From: Spirochaetota bacterium
Lineage (GTDB): Bacteria > Spirochaetota > JAAYUW01 > JAOAHJ01
Length of the DNA: 64,000 bases
Assembly: GCA_026415295.1 (NCBI GenBank)
Contig: JAOAHJ010000002.1
Coordinates: 7,509-71,508 of the forward strand
Direction: 5' to 3'
Shown here: piece by piece, positions 61,444 through 64,000 of the stretch
Layout of the letters: each line of letters opens with the position of its first letter
Numbering within the stretch: position 1 is the first letter of the stretch
Made by a program: the position numbers and the translations under genes
Notes under the pieces: model-generated
What the model was told of the DNA's origin: nothing
What the model saw: only the letters and a program-made list of their open reading frames with translations
Databases searched by the model: none

Positions 61444-62331
61444 TTATAAAGCAGCTAAAGCTAAAGCTATTGAATTTAATTTAGTTTGAGCATCATCAGC
61501 TCTAGAAAGTAAAATAATTGGTGCTTTTGATCCAACAATAACACCACCATTTTTAAATCCAGTTGCATAAATTATACCTTTTGCACACATATTTGCTGCT
61601 TCTATATTTGGTGCAACTATAATATCAGCTTCACCAGCAATCGGAGATTTTATCCCTTTCATTTCTGCTGCCTTTTTCGATATTGCATTATCAAAGCCAA
61701 AAGGCCCATCTATTAAACCACCTTTAATATCCCCTCTCTCAGCCATTTTTGCTATTATTGCTGCATCAATTGTAGATTGCATTTTGGAAGATGGGATCTC
61801 AACAGCAGAAACAAGAGCTATTTTAGGATTTTGAATACCAATTTTATTATAAAAATTTATAGCATTTTTAATAATAGAGATTTTTTCTTCTATTGTTGGC
61901 AAAATGTTTAAACCACCATCAGTAATACCAAGTAACCTGTTTTCCCACTCTATACAAGCTATATGAGAAAGAAAACCAGGTTCAACTCTCAAACCAAACT
62001 CCTTATCAAGAACCTTTTTAAGTAAAGTACCTGTAGGAACTGTGCCTTTCATTATAAGATCAACTTTATTGTCTCTAAAAAATTCACAAACTTTTTGAGC
62101 TTTTAAAGAATCATCTTTTTCATCAATTATTTCAAAATCTGATAAATCATAACCTAAATCTTTTATAACCTTTGATCCTTTTTCCTTATCTCCTACTAAA
62201 ACAAACTTTGCAATTTTACTATCAATAGCTTCTTTTGCAGCAATTATTACTTCATCTTTTTCACATCCTGCAATTGCAATAGTTTTTAAGTTAGTTGATT
62301 TTATTTTCTCAAATAGATCTTTAAAAACCAT
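61444..62331 (-). CDS. ptb: Phosphate butyryltransferase / phosphate acyltransferase
   Basis: LIMKG, LSH, TDGGLN, PKIA..SAVE, DGPFGFDNA, PNIEAAN and ILLSRAD. Confidence 0.9.
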   Translation of the reverse strand: MVFKDLFEKIKSTNLKTIAIAGCEKDEVIIAAKEAIDSKIAKFVLVGDKEKGSKVIKDLGYDLSDFEIIDEKDDSLKAQKVCEFFRDNKVDLIMKGTVPTGTLLKKVLDKEFGLRVEPGFLSHIACIEWENRLLGITDGGLNILPTIEEKISIIKNAINFYNKIGIQNPKIALVSAVEIPSSKMQSTIDAAIIAKMAERGDIKGGLIDGPFGFDNAISKKAAEMKGIKSPIAGEADIIVAPNIEAANMCAKGIIYATGFKNGGVIVGSKAPIILLSRADDAQTKLNSIALALAAL

Positions 62332-62617
62332 AATAACTCCTTTAATTTATTACTAAAAAATAAAATAATTAACTAATTTAATTAAAATTAGTGTTAAATA
62401 AAAAATTAAGATTTATTAAAATAAAAAATTTATAAAAAATCAAAACTAAAAAATTATGTAAAAAATTAAAAATAAATTTCTTAGAAATATTAATTAATTT
62501 ATAAAAAAAATCAAAATTTAATTTTATAAGGTATTTTTACCGATAAAATTAAAAAAATTACAAAATTTGATAAATTAATTTTTTGAATTATTATATAGAA
62601 TAATAACAGGATATAAT

Positions 62618-64000
62618 ATGCTTGAATTTTTTAACTTTATAACTTTATCAAGAGGTGGCTATATAATAGATACTGGGGAAAATGGTTACATTCAGGTAGG
62701 ATCTCCTCCTGAAACCATTAAAGATTCTATGTTAATGGAGAAAGGGGTTCCTCAAATTTTTGTTATAACAAATAAAATGTTTGATTGGTTAAAAGGAATA
62801 AGTTTAGCAGAAATAGAATTTCCGATCTATTATAATTTTTTTATTAAAAAAAGAAAAACTATTATTATTTGTGAAGAATATCAAAAGGCAAGAATCTTAA
62901 AAGTACTTCAAGAAGCACTTTTTGGTCCAGAAAAGCTTGATATAAAATCAGATTATGAAATTAATTTTTCAAAATATCCACCACCTGATATTAGAAAAGA
63001 AATGAATTATTTTAGAAATAATCTTAAATTTGAAGATGTTTTAGAATTTGGGTTATTTGTAAATAATAAATATGTTTATAAAAACATAATTATAGAAAAA
63101 TATAATAATGAAGCTTTTAATTTTTATAAGGATGAAAAACTTTTTGCTAGAGTTCCAAGCAACATTAATTATCAAATTCAATATAAACTAGGAGAAAGAT
63201 TAAAAGAACCCTACATGCCCCCATTATTCGGGGTTACATGTCTTGGACCAAGTCATGGATTTGATCCAACAGAAAATACTTCTGGTTATATTATTTGGCT
63301 TAATCATAATGGAATAATGGTTGACCCACCAGTCAACTCAACCGAATGGCTTGAAGATTCAAATGTAAATCCAAAATTAATAGATTCTATAATACTTACT
63401 CACTGTCATGCTGACCATGATGCTGGAACATTTCAAAAAATTTTAAGAGAAGAAAAAGTAACAATTTATACAACAAAAACAGTAATCAATAGCTTTTTAA
63501 GAAAATATTCATCTTTAACAGGTTATAAAGAAGAGGATCTAGCAAAACTTTTTAATTTTTATGAGGTAAAGATTGGTATACCTTTCTTTATACATGCTGC
63601 AAGATTTGAAATGTTTTATACCCTTCATTCAATTCCAACTTTAGGTTTTAAAATAAACTTTCAAGATCAAACTTTTGTTTATTCTTCAGATCATAATAAT
63701 GACCCTACTTTACATAAAAAATTACTTGATGAAGGAATAATTACAAAAGAAAGATATGATGAACTTTCAAACTTTCCTTGGGATTGTAAAGTTATATATC
63801 ATGAAGCTGGTATACCCCCTCTTCATACACCAGTCAAATATTTAAATTCATTACCTGAAAAATTACAGAAAAAGATAGTTGTTTATCATATTGCGAAAAA
63901 AGATTTTCCTCAGGAAACAAAGCTTACTTTAGCTAAATTTGGTATAGAAAATACTTTAACTTTTCCAACTACTCCTCCAGAATTTGAAAAATACTACACT
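62618..64000 (+). CDS. MBL-fold hydrolase, probably the cNMP-associated family (3'-partial)
   Basis: Absent from the ORF track. ATG 62618 MLEFFNFITLSRGGY..IQVGSPPETIKD; EFPIYYNFF, LGPSHGFDP, VDPP, LTHCHADHDAG, HSIPT, YSSDH and HEAG.PPLHTP. Confidence 0.85.
   Translation, partial: MLEFFNFITLSRGGYIIDTGENGYIQVGSPPETIKDSMLMEKGVPQIFVITNKMFDWLKGISLAEIEFPIYYNFFIKKRKTIIICEEYQKARILKVLQEALFGPEKLDIKSDYEINFSKYPPPDIRKEMNYFRNNLKFEDVLEFGLFVNNKYVYKNIIIEKYNNEAFNFYKDEKLFARVPSNINYQIQYKLGERLKEPYMPPLFGVTCLGPSHGFDPTENTSGYIIWLNHNGIMVDPPVNSTEWLEDSNVNPKLIDSIILTHCHADHDAGTFQKILREEKVTIYTTKTVINSFLRKYSSLTGYKEEDLAKLFNFYEVKIGIPFFIHAARFEMFYTLHSIPTLGFKINFQDQTFVYSSDHNNDPTLHKKLLDEGIITKERYDELSNFPWDCKVIYHEAGIPPLHTPVKYLNSLPEKLQKKIVVYHIAKKDFPQETKLTLAKFGIENTLTFPTTPPEFEKYYT

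Noticed and set aside
1..64000. Stop-codon reassignment (TGA/TAG), as seen in some AT-rich bacteria
   Set aside because: Conserved genes are full length in code 11, and TGA ends upp at its normal C-terminus (DRLYGTI).

Overview
Very AT-rich (roughly 20-25% GC by eye), densely coding bacterial chromosomal segment using the standard genetic code. It is probably from a deep-branching Spirochaetota. This is an inference from the def-fmt-PASTA-rpe cluster, the trimmed dcw cluster, FapA, a TPR-NHL-vWA/TPR gene pair, a PEGA protein and an MBL-fold family typical of spirochaetes. Most of the window is housekeeping: serS, a polar amino-acid ABC transporter, tRNA-Leu(GAG), hsp20, pepT, dtd-def-fmt, rpe, upp, pepD, mraZ-rsmH-ftsL-murE-murF-ftsW-ftsQ-ftsA-ftsZ, uppP, hisJ-type phosphatase, sdaA and ptb. 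I see no prophage, IS element or CRISPR array. The best candidate for an undescribed system is the minus-strand block 54268-60093. It encodes a membrane-embedded LuxR one-component regulator with tandem NarL/LiaR-like boxes at its 3' end, an exported TPR-like protein, a DsbD_2-type membrane thiol protein, a NapH-like polyferredoxin, and a glucodextranase-DOMON plus TPR-like protein. Other points of interest are a sigma54 promoter with upstream repeats at hsp20, MraZ boxes, low-complexity insertions in several core enzymes, an E-to-Q change in SerRS motif 2, and a small gene that appears frameshifted right after its ATG. All family assignments come from motif recognition, not database searches.
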